Assembly: GCA_964373805.1 (NCBI GenBank)
Contig: CAYJWF010000001.1
Location: 47,181-111,180 of the forward strand
From: an uncultured Planctomycetia bacterium
Lineage (GTDB): Bacteria; Omnitrophota; Gorgyraeia; 1-14-0-20-64-10
Reading direction: 5' to 3'
Length of the DNA: 64,000 nucleotides
Shown here: positions 48,541 through 58,256 of the stretch, piece after piece
How the letters are laid out: the number at the start of each line of letters is the position of its first letter
How positions within the stretch are numbered: position 1 is the stretch's first letter
Program-made: the position numbers and the translations under genes
The notes under the pieces: generated by a model
Database searches by the model: none
What the model was told of the DNA's origin: nothing
The model's input: the letters and a program-made list of their open reading frames with translations, nothing else

Positions 48541-49239
48541 ATGCAAGTAACCTTTAAGATTCTACGGTTCAATCCCGAGCAGGACCCCAAGCCGCACTGG
48601 GAGACCTACCCGGTGGAGTTGGAGCCGACCGATCGGGTGTTGGACGGCCTGGAGGCGATCAAGGGACGGCTGGATGGGACCTTGGCCTTGCGGCGCTCCT
48701 GCGCCCACGGGATCTGCGGCTCCGATGCCATGCTGGTGAATGGCCGGAATCGGTTGGCCTGCAAGGTATTGGTTAAAAATTTAAAGCAGCCGATCGCCAT
48801 TGAACCGATGCGGGGTTTTAAGGTTTTGAAGGACCTGATCGTTGACATGGAAGGTTTCTTTGCCAAGTACCGATCGATGAAGCCGTATCTGATCGAGGCC
48901 GGCCCAGCCCCAGAAAAGGAACGGCTTCAGTCGCCGGCCGAACGGGAACGGTTCGACGACACCACCAAGTGTATCCTCTGTGGGGCCTGCACGACCAGTT
49001 GCCCCTCTTTCTGGTCCAATCCGGATTATGTGGGACCGGCGGCGATCGTCCAGGCCCATCGGTTTCTTTTCGACAGCCGTGACGAGGGGAAGGAAGAGCG
49101 CCTGAAGGTTTTAAATACCTCGGATGGCGTCTGGCGCTGCCGAACGGTCTTTAATTGTGTGGAAGCCTGCCCGCGCGGCATCAACGTGACCCGCGCCATC
49201 GGCGAAGTGAAACTCGCGCTCATGAGTGCGTCATTGTGA
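48541..49239 (+). CDS. sdhB: succinate dehydrogenase iron-sulfur subunit
   Basis: CAHGICGSDAMLVNG, CILCGACTTSCP, CVEACP clusters; start ATG 48541; stop inside REP-like repeat. Confidence 0.85.
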   Translation: MQVTFKILRFNPEQDPKPHWETYPVELEPTDRVLDGLEAIKGRLDGTLALRRSCAHGICGSDAMLVNGRNRLACKVLVKNLKQPIAIEPMRGFKVLKDLIVDMEGFFAKYRSMKPYLIEAGPAPEKERLQSPAERERFDDTTKCILCGACTTSCPSFWSNPDYVGPAAIVQAHRFLFDSRDEGKEERLKVLNTSDGVWRCRTVFNCVEACPRGINVTRAIGEVKLALMSASL

Positions 49240-49263
49240 GGAACGAAGTGACGAAGCAATCTC
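49228..49263. repeat. REP-like repeat copy at sdhB stop
   Basis: gcgtcattgtgaggaacgaagtgacgaagcaatctc. Confidence 0.75.
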
Positions 49264-49478
49264 GGTTTAAGGGATCGCCCGCCCCGGCCCCTGGTTCCCA
49301 AGCCGGGCCGGGGAGTCGGCCTGGCACCTTTGGGCCAGAGGCCTTCCCTCCGGCGTCTCCCCCCGACAACACGCAGCGTCACCTCTACTGCCCCACGTGC
49401 GGCCAGCGTCTCACCAATCGCTCGTGCAAATGGTGGTGCCCGACCTGCGGCTACCACGAATCCTGCGCCGATGGCTAA
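49249..49478 (+). CDS. small zinc-ribbon protein (uncertain)
   Basis: C-terminal CPTCGQRLTNRSCKWWCPTCGYHESC; possible GTG start inside repeat; mostly low-complexity. Confidence 0.3.
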
Positions 49479-49486
49479 TCGGCCGG

Positions 49487-49564
49487 CCCCCCACGTTTTG
49501 TTTTGTTTCGTTTGCCCTGAGGAATCGCGCGAAGCAAAACGAAACTTAGGGGGGCTGGGCAACG
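49487..49564 (+). terminator. long GC-clamped imperfect stem-loop after sdh operon
   Basis: cccccc acgttttgttttgtttcgtttgc ... gcgaagcaaaacgaaac ttagggggg; no U-tract. Confidence 0.3.
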
Positions 49565-49596
49565 GTGAAGTAAAAATTAGATAAACCCAGTTATCC

Positions 49597-49625
49597 TTGA
49601 CAATTTCCGGCCGATCGGCCATACT
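49597..49625 (+). promoter_or_regulatory. candidate promoter of giant gene: TTGACA, 12-bp palindrome GGCCGATCGGCC in spacer, weak -10, near-leaderless
   Basis: TTGACA 49597-49602; CATACT/ATACTT 49620-49626; ATG 49638 with no Shine-Dalgarno. Confidence 0.35.
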
Positions 49626-49637
49626 TAATACATCCCT

Positions 49638-52600
49638 ATGCGAAATCGAATCGTAGCTGGTTTAACCGTTCTAGCATTCCTGCTTGGCCAAACGCCCGCC
49701 TACCCCTTTGACCACGGGGAAGGAGGGAAGCGTCCCGGCTTTGGGTCAGCCGTTCTTCGCCCTCTCAGCCCGGATCAGTCGGATTGGATGAGGCAGGCCA
49801 TTGAAGCCGGTTTGGAGGAGCCCGCCGGAGAAGAAACGCGCTCGTTTGAGGAGCTGCTTTTAGAGATTCTGGACGAGGAGAAAGCCAGAAACCGCTCCAG
49901 CCGGGATTCAAAGAGACTGTTGAATCGGTTTGTGGAGTTTTTTGAAGAGGATGCAAGGAGCGGTTCTTCGGTGCCCGAGACTGTGACTGTGGAGGCAAGG
50001 GCCAGGAGGATCTTATTAAGGCAGACCCCCGGAGTAACCGTGGCTAAATTACGCCAAGAGACAGACAACCCCAGTAAGAGGTTTTCCCTTCGGAACCTTC
50101 CGGGAAGGAAAGGGGAAATGGCCTTGCCTAACGTATGGGTCTTGCGGGAACAGGTAGCAAGGACTGCTCGGATTCTCGAGGGGTTAAAGATTACCCAAGA
50201 CAAGGGGCCTATCTCCGAGCCTCCTACTTTAGAATCAACCCTGACACCTACAGAGTACTTAGCTAGGTTAAGAACGCACCTGTTCTATTCCAACCAACAG
50301 CAACAGTACCTTTCGGTCCCGACGTACGGGGTCGTTGGTTTTTTTGATCCGGAGGAATACCGCCGCGCGGGAGAAGAAACACCCTATGCGGTTTTACCTG
50401 TCTTGGCCGTCCGACAAATCGGCCTTCAGCCTTCCCTCCGAGCCTTTGACTTGGCCATCGGAATGGTGGACAACGGGCTCAAGAAGGTCGAAATGCGAGA
50501 ATCGGGAACCGACCATCCGCCTTTTCTTCTTCTCCACTTTGCAAGGCCACTGATCGATGCCGAAAGCGGCCGGAGAGGTCTGGACCGGCTGGCCGTTTTT
50601 CTGCTCAAGACACCCTGGCCTGAGCTTCCCAAGTTGGCGGGGGATAGACCGCTTGAGACTCTTCCCGATGAGGAATTTCTTAACGCGGTTCTGCAATCTT
50701 TACTGGCGGAGAGAGAACATCTCGAGCAGGACGCGGGACGGCTTCGGCAGATTGCCTTTGAGGAAGGGGAACCGGTTTCTATTCAGATAGAGAAACGGGA
50801 ATCCCTTCTCCGGTTAGCCCTAGCGGAGAGGCTTGTTCCTCGGTCAGGCTATCAACCTTACACGGCAGCCAGCGCCGTGAGACTCGCTCGGTGGATGGGC
50901 CGAACCGTGAGGGAGAGGCAGTTCATCCGACAGCATATGGAGTTGTTGATAGAGGAGGCGAACCTGATCGAGGCCTCCGGAGCTGTGACGTGGAGTCGTT
51001 CGTCTAAAACGGAGAAAGCCATAGAGGCACTTTGGGAGAGGTTTCACCGGTGGAAGAGGCGCACAGGGATTTTGCAAGAGCTTGGGACCTTGGATCTGGC
51101 TGAGATCCCGGGGGCTGCAGAAAGGGTTGAGCAGCTCGACAAGAAGCTTCTGATTCCTAAAAAGGACGTTTCGATGGAAGCTTGGCGGCTGTATCTGCCG
51201 TTGCTTCGGCTGGTTCTTGCCAGAGATTCCCTGGGCCAATGGGTGCTCAACGACCAGGAGGCTACCTACCTGCTCAATCGCATGGAAAAATTCCGTCAGG
51301 AGTTGCTGAATGGGGTTCTCGTGATGGAGAGAACGTTAGCCTCGATGACCCCGGGAGAGGCTCAGGCGATCCTATCTTTTGAACTTAACCAGGCACTTCT
51401 TGACCCGCTGATTCAGAAACCGCTGAAAACCCCTCGGGTGACGCTGCAAAAGGCCCTGCTGAAGGAATGTGAGCGGTTGTTCCAGGTTTCTTTGGGCAGG
51501 TCCCCCACGGCTTTGGCCCTGTTAAGAGACGAGCGAGAGGCTTTATTCAAAGAGGTTCGCCAGGTTCAGGGCAGATTCTGGGCCAGCCTTCTGGGGAACT
51601 TGTCGGAAGCAGAGAAGGCTCTGACGGAGTTCGAGCGACTGGATGAGCGTTTGAGGGCGTTCGGTCCGCGGCTTGCAGGCAGGGACGTAGGGGTGGCTTC
51701 GGAGGGCGGCGGCGTGCCACCCCTACCACTGTCTCAAGAAGGAATTTTGTCTTTCCTAGACAGGATGAAGGAAAAGATAACAACACCAGCGAATTTGGGA
51801 CGACTGGAAAATCCTTCTGGGCTTGATCTGTACCGATCCCTTTTGGATATCGCCCGGCTCGTCCCAGAAGGCCGTGTGAGAGAGGCTTTCGAAAGGAGCC
51901 GGTTGGATGCAGCGATCTCGCTGGAGGAATGGGAGCGGCCCTTTTTGGGTTCGTTCCGGCGGAGACTGGCTGAGCGGATTGCCCAAGAGGTCCTGGAGGA
52001 TGCCCAGACCGCTCCGCCAACACAGCAGAAGGCAGCCGAACAGCGGATCTTAGAGGCAGCGGAACTGGTAGGGGAGTTTCCACAGATCGCAGGGAAACTT
52101 TTAACCACCGATCGGGCCAAGGCGAAGGCTTTACTCTCGGCTTTTACCACGGAATTGTCGGATAAGGGAAACCGGCTCCTTCGAGAATTTGTAGTGGCTA
52201 AGGCCAGCCGGGAACCTTTCCCAGAAGCCAAGGAGGATAAGCTCAGAAAACGTTACCGCAGTCTCCATTCCGGTAGAGGAGTCCCAACGCTGTACGAACG
52301 GGTAGCCTTGGATCTGGATCCCTCCCTTCTTCCCAACCGACCCATTCCTTCCGGATCGGTTTCGCCAACGATTGTAAGGAAGGAAGATTCCACCGCCGGC
52401 CTGGAGGAGAAAAAGGGCGGTTCCATTTTGGATAGGGAAGGGGAGAAGCAGATCCGCGAGGCCACTCAGGCATTAGACGGAGCCCTCCACCCCATTGGGA
52501 ACCCGGTCGTTTTTTTCTCCAAGGTCGAAGCTGCGGTCGTTTTTTTCTCCAAGGTCGAAGCTGCGCTGAAGGCCATTGGAGAAGTGCCTTCTTCTCGATG

Positions 52601-55600
52601 GCCTAACCTTTTTCAAGAGGAGTTTAAACGACTTAGGGATCAATTGAGAATTGCCGAGAGGCATCCTGACCAGAAGGAGTTTGCCCAGAGGATGCGGCAC
52701 TCCCTCTCTGATTTTCGGGACCGGTGGAACAGGTCTCTTGCCCAAGAGGGAATTTCGTCTGGCCGGGAACAAAAGCCCGCCAGTGAGAAAAAGGTCGATG
52801 GGGGAATTATCCCTCAACAGAGGCCTTTGCCTAAGCGACCATCGAAACGGCAGCGGATCATTGAGGAGCTGTCGCGGTTGCCGGATGAGAGAAAACGTCT
52901 CAAATCCCTTCGCCTGGCGGCTGGATTTCGGTCTCCCCATGAGTTAGAAAAAGCAGCCGGGGTGGCCTGGGCGACGGTATCCCGAATGGAATCCGGCAAG
53001 CGAGGAATCGGTCCCCACGTCAGGCGAAAGGTGAAAGGGCTATTGGAAAAGGAGTTGGGTCTACGACTGACGTTTCACTTCCGTTTGATAGAGTTTCCTT
53101 TAGAGCGCAGTGTCAATGTCTTGCCGACGACCGAGGATCGGTTTACTTTCCTCAAGGACGAACTTCTGGGATGGACCAAGCAAGAACTCGCTCAGCGAGC
53201 GAACGCCATCAGGAGTCTCCCTTCTCCTGCTTTGGACACGCGCTACCGCCATGCGCCGATGGATCAAACCCATTTCTGGATTCGGCGTTCCATCCGGGAT
53301 GCTCTGGAACGTGGTTTATCGGAGGAGTTTCAACGCCCTGTACGGCTTGACGGACGTCTTCGGATTGTTACGAATTCGGTTGCCGGGCATCTCAGAGCTT
53401 TGCCCAATGCCGAGGCGCGTCTGACCTGGTTGTTGGAGGAGGAACTTGTCTGGTATCGGAGCGAATTTCTTAGAGAAGCGGGGTTCAAAGAGCATGGGAA
53501 GGTACAGCCCCCTCCGAATCAGCAATCCCAGGCGTTGCAGAGGTGGGAGAAACTCCGTCGCGCGCTCGAGCGAGGTTTGGCCAAGCGGGGAGAGCAGATT
53601 TCTCTTGATGCCAACTTGCTCCCTCAGACCGGCCTGGAGGAACGGAACCAGAGCAGACCCAGTGGGTTGGACCTAGGGCAACAGGTGAGGCGGCTGGTGG
53701 ATACGGCGAAGGGGTTAGCCTCCTCCGGACAGGAAGGGGATGCCCTAGGGGTGCTGGATGAGGCGCTTCGGTTAGATCCTGAGAATGCCCATACCTTGGT
53801 GGAGAAGGCGAGCCTGTTGGACCGACGGCGGAGCTTAAGAAAAGCCCTTCAGGCCATTAATCGAGCCCTCTTGATCGATCGCCGTCGCATCCGTGAACTT
53901 GGGATCGGCCCGATTCGTGGTCGAGATAAATCTGGACGTATTTATCTGGTCATCCGAACGATTCGGGCAAGGATCCTGTTTCACTTAAGTCAACAAGAAA
54001 GGGATCCGACGCAGCGTCTTCATTTCCATCGAGGAGCAGAGAATTCGGTTAAGCAGGCCCTCCAGTGGGATCCGACGGATCCTTGGGCGGTGAAACAAGC
54101 GGTTCAGATCATTCATAGGCGTCCAGTGGAGCACGAGAGCTATGAACAAAGGTGGGAGGATGCCCAGGAAGTGGCGGCTCCCCTCTTGGCCAGAGTGGGC
54201 AGAGGGGAGTTTCGAGAGGAAGATGACCGACTTTCTATTGCACAGATACTTCATGATCTCAAGTGGACCGAGAGAATGGTTACGTTTCTTGAGGAAACGG
54301 TGTTACCCCAGAACCCCGGGTGGCCTCCAGCGTTAAAACTCTTGAGTGAGGGAAAGCGCGATTTAAATAAACCCACCGCTGGTTTGGAGGAGCGGTGGGT
54401 GCGTGTGATTGCCGACGATGCCACGGGTGGCGCGGAGTTGGTGTTGGAGCTCGCCAAGAGAGGTAAGAGGGCCCTTCTCGTCTCTCTGGACACCCCGGAT
54501 AAGCTTCTCAAGCGGTATCGGGTTATTGTGTACAACACCCTGGCTCGGAATCTGTCTCCCCGAGAGACGCGCCTTCGCACAGGCCAGGTCAAGGGTTCCA
54601 TTCTTCAACCGGGAGAGTGGGCCTACCTTAAGATCGATTCGACCCTCCGTGGGAATTGGCTGGATGGGATCATCGCCTGGACCAAGAGGCTTCAACCGGA
54701 GGTGATCTTGGTGGCGCCGGCCATTGTTTCACAGGGAAGAGCGACCCGACAGGGAGTCCATGAACTCCTCGAGGGAGGGAGTTGGATCCCCCTGCATCAA
54801 ACCATGTACCGTGACCTGATTGATCCGGGACTGGTTCAATCAGAATCCAATCTTCAGGAATATCTGCGGCAGCGGGTCTCGGCGAAGGTGGAGCTCCTCA
54901 ACCGAGAGGTCATTGAGCAAGGGTCTGAAGAGGTTCGCAAACGGCTCGCCGGTGTGGAAAAAGGGACTTACCTCGTGGCGGATGCCACCGAGAGCCGACA
55001 CCTTGAATCCATAGCTGAAGCTGTCCATGAGCTTCCCCGACCGATCCTTTGTTCCGGTTCTGCCGGCCTCTTCGGCACCCTGGTCAAGGAAGAGAAATCG
55101 GTTGAATTAGTGCCCTGGGTGGAACAGCTCATCAAAAAGACTTCACGGGGCAGAGGGAAGGTGTTGGTACTGGCCGGCTCTCGTCACCCAAGATCAGACG
55201 AACAGGTCAGAAGAGCTCTCGAGAGTCTTCCGGGTCGCGTGGCCCTGCTGAAGATTTCCACGGAAGGCTTCCAAAGAAGGCAGACTCGAGCTGCTGGGAT
55301 TCGGCGTGCCCAGCGGAAGATCCATCGAGCTTGGCAGCAGGCCCAAGGTGTCATCCTCCAGTTCGAGCCGCCGCGTCTTAAGAAACGGAGCCACCAAACA
55401 CAGCGTGCCATGGCGGAATTTTACCGTGAACTGTTCGGCACAAGGGAGATTCAAGGTCAGCTCGGCCTTCTCGTTGTTTTTGGGGGAGACACCTTGGGTA
55501 CAGTTCTAACGGGCTTCCAAGCCGGGTTTACCGCTACAGGAGAAGTGGCTCCTCAGATCTCTTACGGGCAGCTCATCACCATGGATCGACCGCCTTTGCC

Positions 55601-58145
55601 TCTCATCAGCAAAGCCGGCGGATTTGGGGATCGGGACTTGCTCGTCGATATCCTGACCCAAGCGCGTGCCATCGCCCCTGCCCGCCTGGGGATTACCATG
55701 GGGGATCCGGCGGGGAGCGGGCCGGAGCTGCTCCTTCGGGCTCTCGTCCAAGAACCCACCTTCCTGGAAAAGGCGGAGCTTCTCGTCATTGGCGATGCCA
55801 AGGTCCTCAGGCAAGCGCGGGATTACTTTAAAATTCGAGGGGCTCCTCAAATTCGGGCGATTGCTCGGGTGGAAGAGGCCCGATTTGTTCCAGGGGTTCT
55901 CAATGTGATGGATCTTGAGAATGTCAATTCGGAGATCCTCAAGAAAAGTTTTGGCCCGGTCGGTGTGGATTTGGACGAGGAAACCCGCCGTCATTTTGGC
56001 CAAGCAGCCCTGCAGTCTATCGATGGGGGAATGGAGTTGGCTTCGGCAGGGAAGGTGGATGGCCTGGTCACCCTGCCGGTTACCAAGGAGGATATCGATC
56101 TGGTTTCTCCAGGTTTCCGAGGCCATACCGACCATCTGGCCAAGGGGTTAGGCACCCTCACCGGCTCTGGGGTGGTCACCATCGCCTTGATTTACGGAAA
56201 GCTCCGGGTCCTTCACGTGACGACGCACCTGTCGCTTAAAAAGGTGGTGGAGGAGTTCCAGAAGCCGGAGATTACCGATAAGATTCTAGAGCTCATTCGG
56301 ATAGCAGACCAGATGGGACGTCGCTACTTCGGTTTTAGCCTGGCGAAACGACCTCGCATTGGGGTATTGGGACTCAACCCTCATGCCGGAGAAGGGGGAC
56401 TGCTGGGCACGGAGGATCAAGAACGGATTCAGCCGGCTATTGATCAGGCTTTGGAAGAAGGATTGAACGTTGCGCCACACCCGGTCCCTGCCGACACGGC
56501 CTTTACCAGAGAGGTCCGCAATGGCTACGATTTCATCATCGCCATGTCCCACGATCAGGGCCACGGACCCTTTAAGGCGCTGGCCGGGTTTGAGGGGGTG
56601 AACGTAACCGGGAATCTACCGATTGTTCGTACCAGCCCAGACCACGGAACCGCTCGGCAGGAGGCCTGGAACAGAGATCGGGATGTCTCCCTTACCACGA
56701 GAGGGCTCATCGCCTCCATCCGCTCCGCCATCAAGATGGTCCACGCCGCCCCCCGCTCTGCCTTGATGTCGAAGGAGACTACCGCCGGCCTGGAGGAGAC
56801 CGCCAAGGAAAAAGCGAAAAGGGTCAAGGGGTTGCTAGAGGTGGCTTCCCACTTGGCTTCTGCAGAGAGATTTGAGGATGCCTTGGAGAAAGCTCGGGAG
56901 GCTTTTCGGTTGGATTCCGGCAACACGGCGGTCGTAGTGCAGTTAGCAAGTCACTTGGATCGGATCGGATATCGGGATCAGGATTCTGAGAAAGTCCATA
57001 ATGCGCTAAGCGCTATTGAGGTGGTTCTTGGGAAACTCCCGAAGAATCCGGGCGCGCTAACGGTCAAAGCCAGAATTCTGTTTCATCTCAGTAAACTGGA
57101 GAAGGACGAGAAGAGCCCAGAACGCCACATCGAGGCAGAGAGAATCCTTTGGCGCGTTCTCAGGGAAAATTTCCCAGACCACCGGGCAACGCTTACGCTC
57201 GTCCACGTTATCCATGGTCGTTCTCACGAAGACGCCCGGTTTCAAGGTAAGCATGTCGATGCCCTGCGGGTTGCGTTGCGAATTTTGGAAAGAGGTGAGC
57301 CCCGTCGAATGAAATACCGAGAATGGTTTGCCCAGCTCTTATTCGACTTAGGAGACCTGGGATGGGCAGACCATGTTGCCAGTAAAATGGTTCAACAGGG
57401 TCGTAAGGGACCCCCTTCTTTCCGCCGCCTTGTTGAGAATATCCCAGCCAGGCGCAAGGAGTTCGGTGATATGAAACTCATGTTGCGTGCGGCCTTGAAG
57501 GGGCTCAGCGATTGGGACAGAACGGTTTTCTACCGGGCGCGGAATCGCAGTTTGGGATCCCTCGCTGGCCCTTCGGTTCGTGCTCCGGACTCGCTCGGAG
57601 CCGGTTTGGAGGAGTTGCCGGAGCCGGTGGCGGAGGCGTTGAGGGCGGAGCCGGAGGCGGCGGTGACGAGGGCGGTGGTACTGGATGCGGATGGGATTCC
57701 GCAGGTGGTGGTGACACTTCGGGTACCGGTTGATGTTCCGTCGGCTCCCAAGATTTTGGTGAAGCCGGTGGTGTTGGCGCAGTTGGGGTTGTTGCCAGAT
57801 CAGGTCGTGGGACGATTCCAATCCTGGGGATGGTCGGTGACGTTCATGCCGGCCGATTTAACGGGGAAACGGCTTCTGGGGGAAGTCGACGCTGGCCTTG
57901 AAGAATGGGAGGGCCCCCTTTTCGTGATCGTCGATGAAAAGTGGGAGGAAACGGTTAAGCAACTACCGGCCTACTCCCGTGTGACGGCGGTTGCCTTGGA
58001 TCGATCGTTGGCGCATGCCCTGGATCCTGACCTGCTGGTTTTGTCTCTCTTGCAGGCTTTCAAGAACCTTCCCGGCCGGTTCCTCAGGCCGGAATATTTC
58101 CTTCAGACCGGCTTGGAAGAGATCGTCGTCGCTACCCAGTTGTAG
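49638..58145 (+). CDS. giant (2835-aa) signal-peptide helical/TPR protein with embedded DUF1537 kinase-PdxA dehydrogenase module
   Basis: Single stop-free ORF; N-terminal hydrophobic signal/anchor; Leu/Glu/Arg-rich helical and TPR-like sequence; residues ~1588-2375 carry IADDATGG, VVFGGDTLG (four-carbon acid sugar kinase) and ITMGDPAGSGPEL, NPHAGEGG, MSHDQGHGP (PdxA family); eight xGLEE motifs. Confidence 0.7.
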   Translation: MRNRIVAGLTVLAFLLGQTPAYPFDHGEGGKRPGFGSAVLRPLSPDQSDWMRQAIEAGLEEPAGEETRSFEELLLEILDEEKARNRSSRDSKRLLNRFVEFFEEDARSGSSVPETVTVEARARRILLRQTPGVTVAKLRQETDNPSKRFSLRNLPGRKGEMALPNVWVLREQVARTARILEGLKITQDKGPISEPPTLESTLTPTEYLARLRTHLFYSNQQQQYLSVPTYGVVGFFDPEEYRRAGEETPYAVLPVLAVRQIGLQPSLRAFDLAIGMVDNGLKKVEMRESGTDHPPFLLLHFARPLIDAESGRRGLDRLAVFLLKTPWPELPKLAGDRPLETLPDEEFLNAVLQSLLAEREHLEQDAGRLRQIAFEEGEPVSIQIEKRESLLRLALAERLVPRSGYQPYTAASAVRLARWMGRTVRERQFIRQHMELLIEEANLIEASGAVTWSRSSKTEKAIEALWERFHRWKRRTGILQELGTLDLAEIPGAAERVEQLDKKLLIPKKDVSMEAWRLYLPLLRLVLARDSLGQWVLNDQEATYLLNRMEKFRQELLNGVLVMERTLASMTPGEAQAILSFELNQALLDPLIQKPLKTPRVTLQKALLKECERLFQVSLGRSPTALALLRDEREALFKEVRQVQGRFWASLLGNLSEAEKALTEFERLDERLRAFGPRLAGRDVGVASEGGGVPPLPLSQEGILSFLDRMKEKITTPANLGRLENPSGLDLYRSLLDIARLVPEGRVREAFERSRLDAAISLEEWERPFLGSFRRRLAERIAQEVLEDAQTAPPTQQKAAEQRILEAAELVGEFPQIAGKLLTTDRAKAKALLSAFTTELSDKGNRLLREFVVAKASREPFPEAKEDKLRKRYRSLHSGRGVPTLYERVALDLDPSLLPNRPIPSGSVSPTIVRKEDSTAGLEEKKGGSILDREGEKQIREATQALDGALHPIGNPVVFFSKVEAAVVFFSKVEAALKAIGEVPSSRWPNLFQEEFKRLRDQLRIAERHPDQKEFAQRMRHSLSDFRDRWNRSLAQEGISSGREQKPASEKKVDGGIIPQQRPLPKRPSKRQRIIEELSRLPDERKRLKSLRLAAGFRSPHELEKAAGVAWATVSRMESGKRGIGPHVRRKVKGLLEKELGLRLTFHFRLIEFPLERSVNVLPTTEDRFTFLKDELLGWTKQELAQRANAIRSLPSPALDTRYRHAPMDQTHFWIRRSIRDALERGLSEEFQRPVRLDGRLRIVTNSVAGHLRALPNAEARLTWLLEEELVWYRSEFLREAGFKEHGKVQPPPNQQSQALQRWEKLRRALERGLAKRGEQISLDANLLPQTGLEERNQSRPSGLDLGQQVRRLVDTAKGLASSGQEGDALGVLDEALRLDPENAHTLVEKASLLDRRRSLRKALQAINRALLIDRRRIRELGIGPIRGRDKSGRIYLVIRTIRARILFHLSQQERDPTQRLHFHRGAENSVKQALQWDPTDPWAVKQAVQIIHRRPVEHESYEQRWEDAQEVAAPLLARVGRGEFREEDDRLSIAQILHDLKWTERMVTFLEETVLPQNPGWPPALKLLSEGKRDLNKPTAGLEERWVRVIADDATGGAELVLELAKRGKRALLVSLDTPDKLLKRYRVIVYNTLARNLSPRETRLRTGQVKGSILQPGEWAYLKIDSTLRGNWLDGIIAWTKRLQPEVILVAPAIVSQGRATRQGVHELLEGGSWIPLHQTMYRDLIDPGLVQSESNLQEYLRQRVSAKVELLNREVIEQGSEEVRKRLAGVEKGTYLVADATESRHLESIAEAVHELPRPILCSGSAGLFGTLVKEEKSVELVPWVEQLIKKTSRGRGKVLVLAGSRHPRSDEQVRRALESLPGRVALLKISTEGFQRRQTRAAGIRRAQRKIHRAWQQAQGVILQFEPPRLKKRSHQTQRAMAEFYRELFGTREIQGQLGLLVVFGGDTLGTVLTGFQAGFTATGEVAPQISYGQLITMDRPPLPLISKAGGFGDRDLLVDILTQARAIAPARLGITMGDPAGSGPELLLRALVQEPTFLEKAELLVIGDAKVLRQARDYFKIRGAPQIRAIARVEEARFVPGVLNVMDLENVNSEILKKSFGPVGVDLDEETRRHFGQAALQSIDGGMELASAGKVDGLVTLPVTKEDIDLVSPGFRGHTDHLAKGLGTLTGSGVVTIALIYGKLRVLHVTTHLSLKKVVEEFQKPEITDKILELIRIADQMGRRYFGFSLAKRPRIGVLGLNPHAGEGGLLGTEDQERIQPAIDQALEEGLNVAPHPVPADTAFTREVRNGYDFIIAMSHDQGHGPFKALAGFEGVNVTGNLPIVRTSPDHGTARQEAWNRDRDVSLTTRGLIASIRSAIKMVHAAPRSALMSKETTAGLEETAKEKAKRVKGLLEVASHLASAERFEDALEKAREAFRLDSGNTAVVVQLASHLDRIGYRDQDSEKVHNALSAIEVVLGKLPKNPGALTVKARILFHLSKLEKDEKSPERHIEAERILWRVLRENFPDHRATLTLVHVIHGRSHEDARFQGKHVDALRVALRILERGEPRRMKYREWFAQLLFDLGDLGWADHVASKMVQQGRKGPPSFRRLVENIPARRKEFGDMKLMLRAALKGLSDWDRTVFYRARNRSLGSLAGPSVRAPDSLGAGLEELPEPVAEALRAEPEAAVTRAVVLDADGIPQVVVTLRVPVDVPSAPKILVKPVVLAQLGLLPDQVVGRFQSWGWSVTFMPADLTGKRLLGEVDAGLEEWEGPLFVIVDEKWEETVKQLPAYSRVTAVALDRSLAHALDPDLLVLSLLQAFKNLPGRFLRPEYFLQTGLEEIVVATQL
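52505..52564 (+). repeat. perfect 30-bp in-frame tandem duplication (2 x ggtcgtttttttctccaaggtcgaagctgc) inside giant ORF
   Basis: Encodes VVFFSKVEAA twice; each unit contains a T7 homopolymer (52510-52516, 52540-52546). Confidence 0.9.
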
Positions 58146-58256
58146 TACAATTCACACCGGTATTTCGACTGCTCTGCTATTGAAGGAACGGCGAAAGGGA
58201 AGGCTTCTCGAAGAACGCAAGATAAAGAGACCATTTAGGGCTGACCCTATGATAGT

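Noticed and set aside
49765-57821. Numerous 60-180-aa ORFs on both strands inside the giant gene (e.g. 49775..50203 -, 51547..52083 -, 55506..56135 -, 57348..57821 -)
   Set aside because: High-GC shadow ORFs fully contained within the 8.5-kb ORF; low-complexity Pro/Arg/Ser-rich translations
49638-58145. Giant ORF as an assembly chimera of several genes
   Set aside because: Considered, but no stop codon occurs in 8,505 nt and codon usage and GC are uniform; cannot be excluded without read-level data, so retained as a real gene with that caveat
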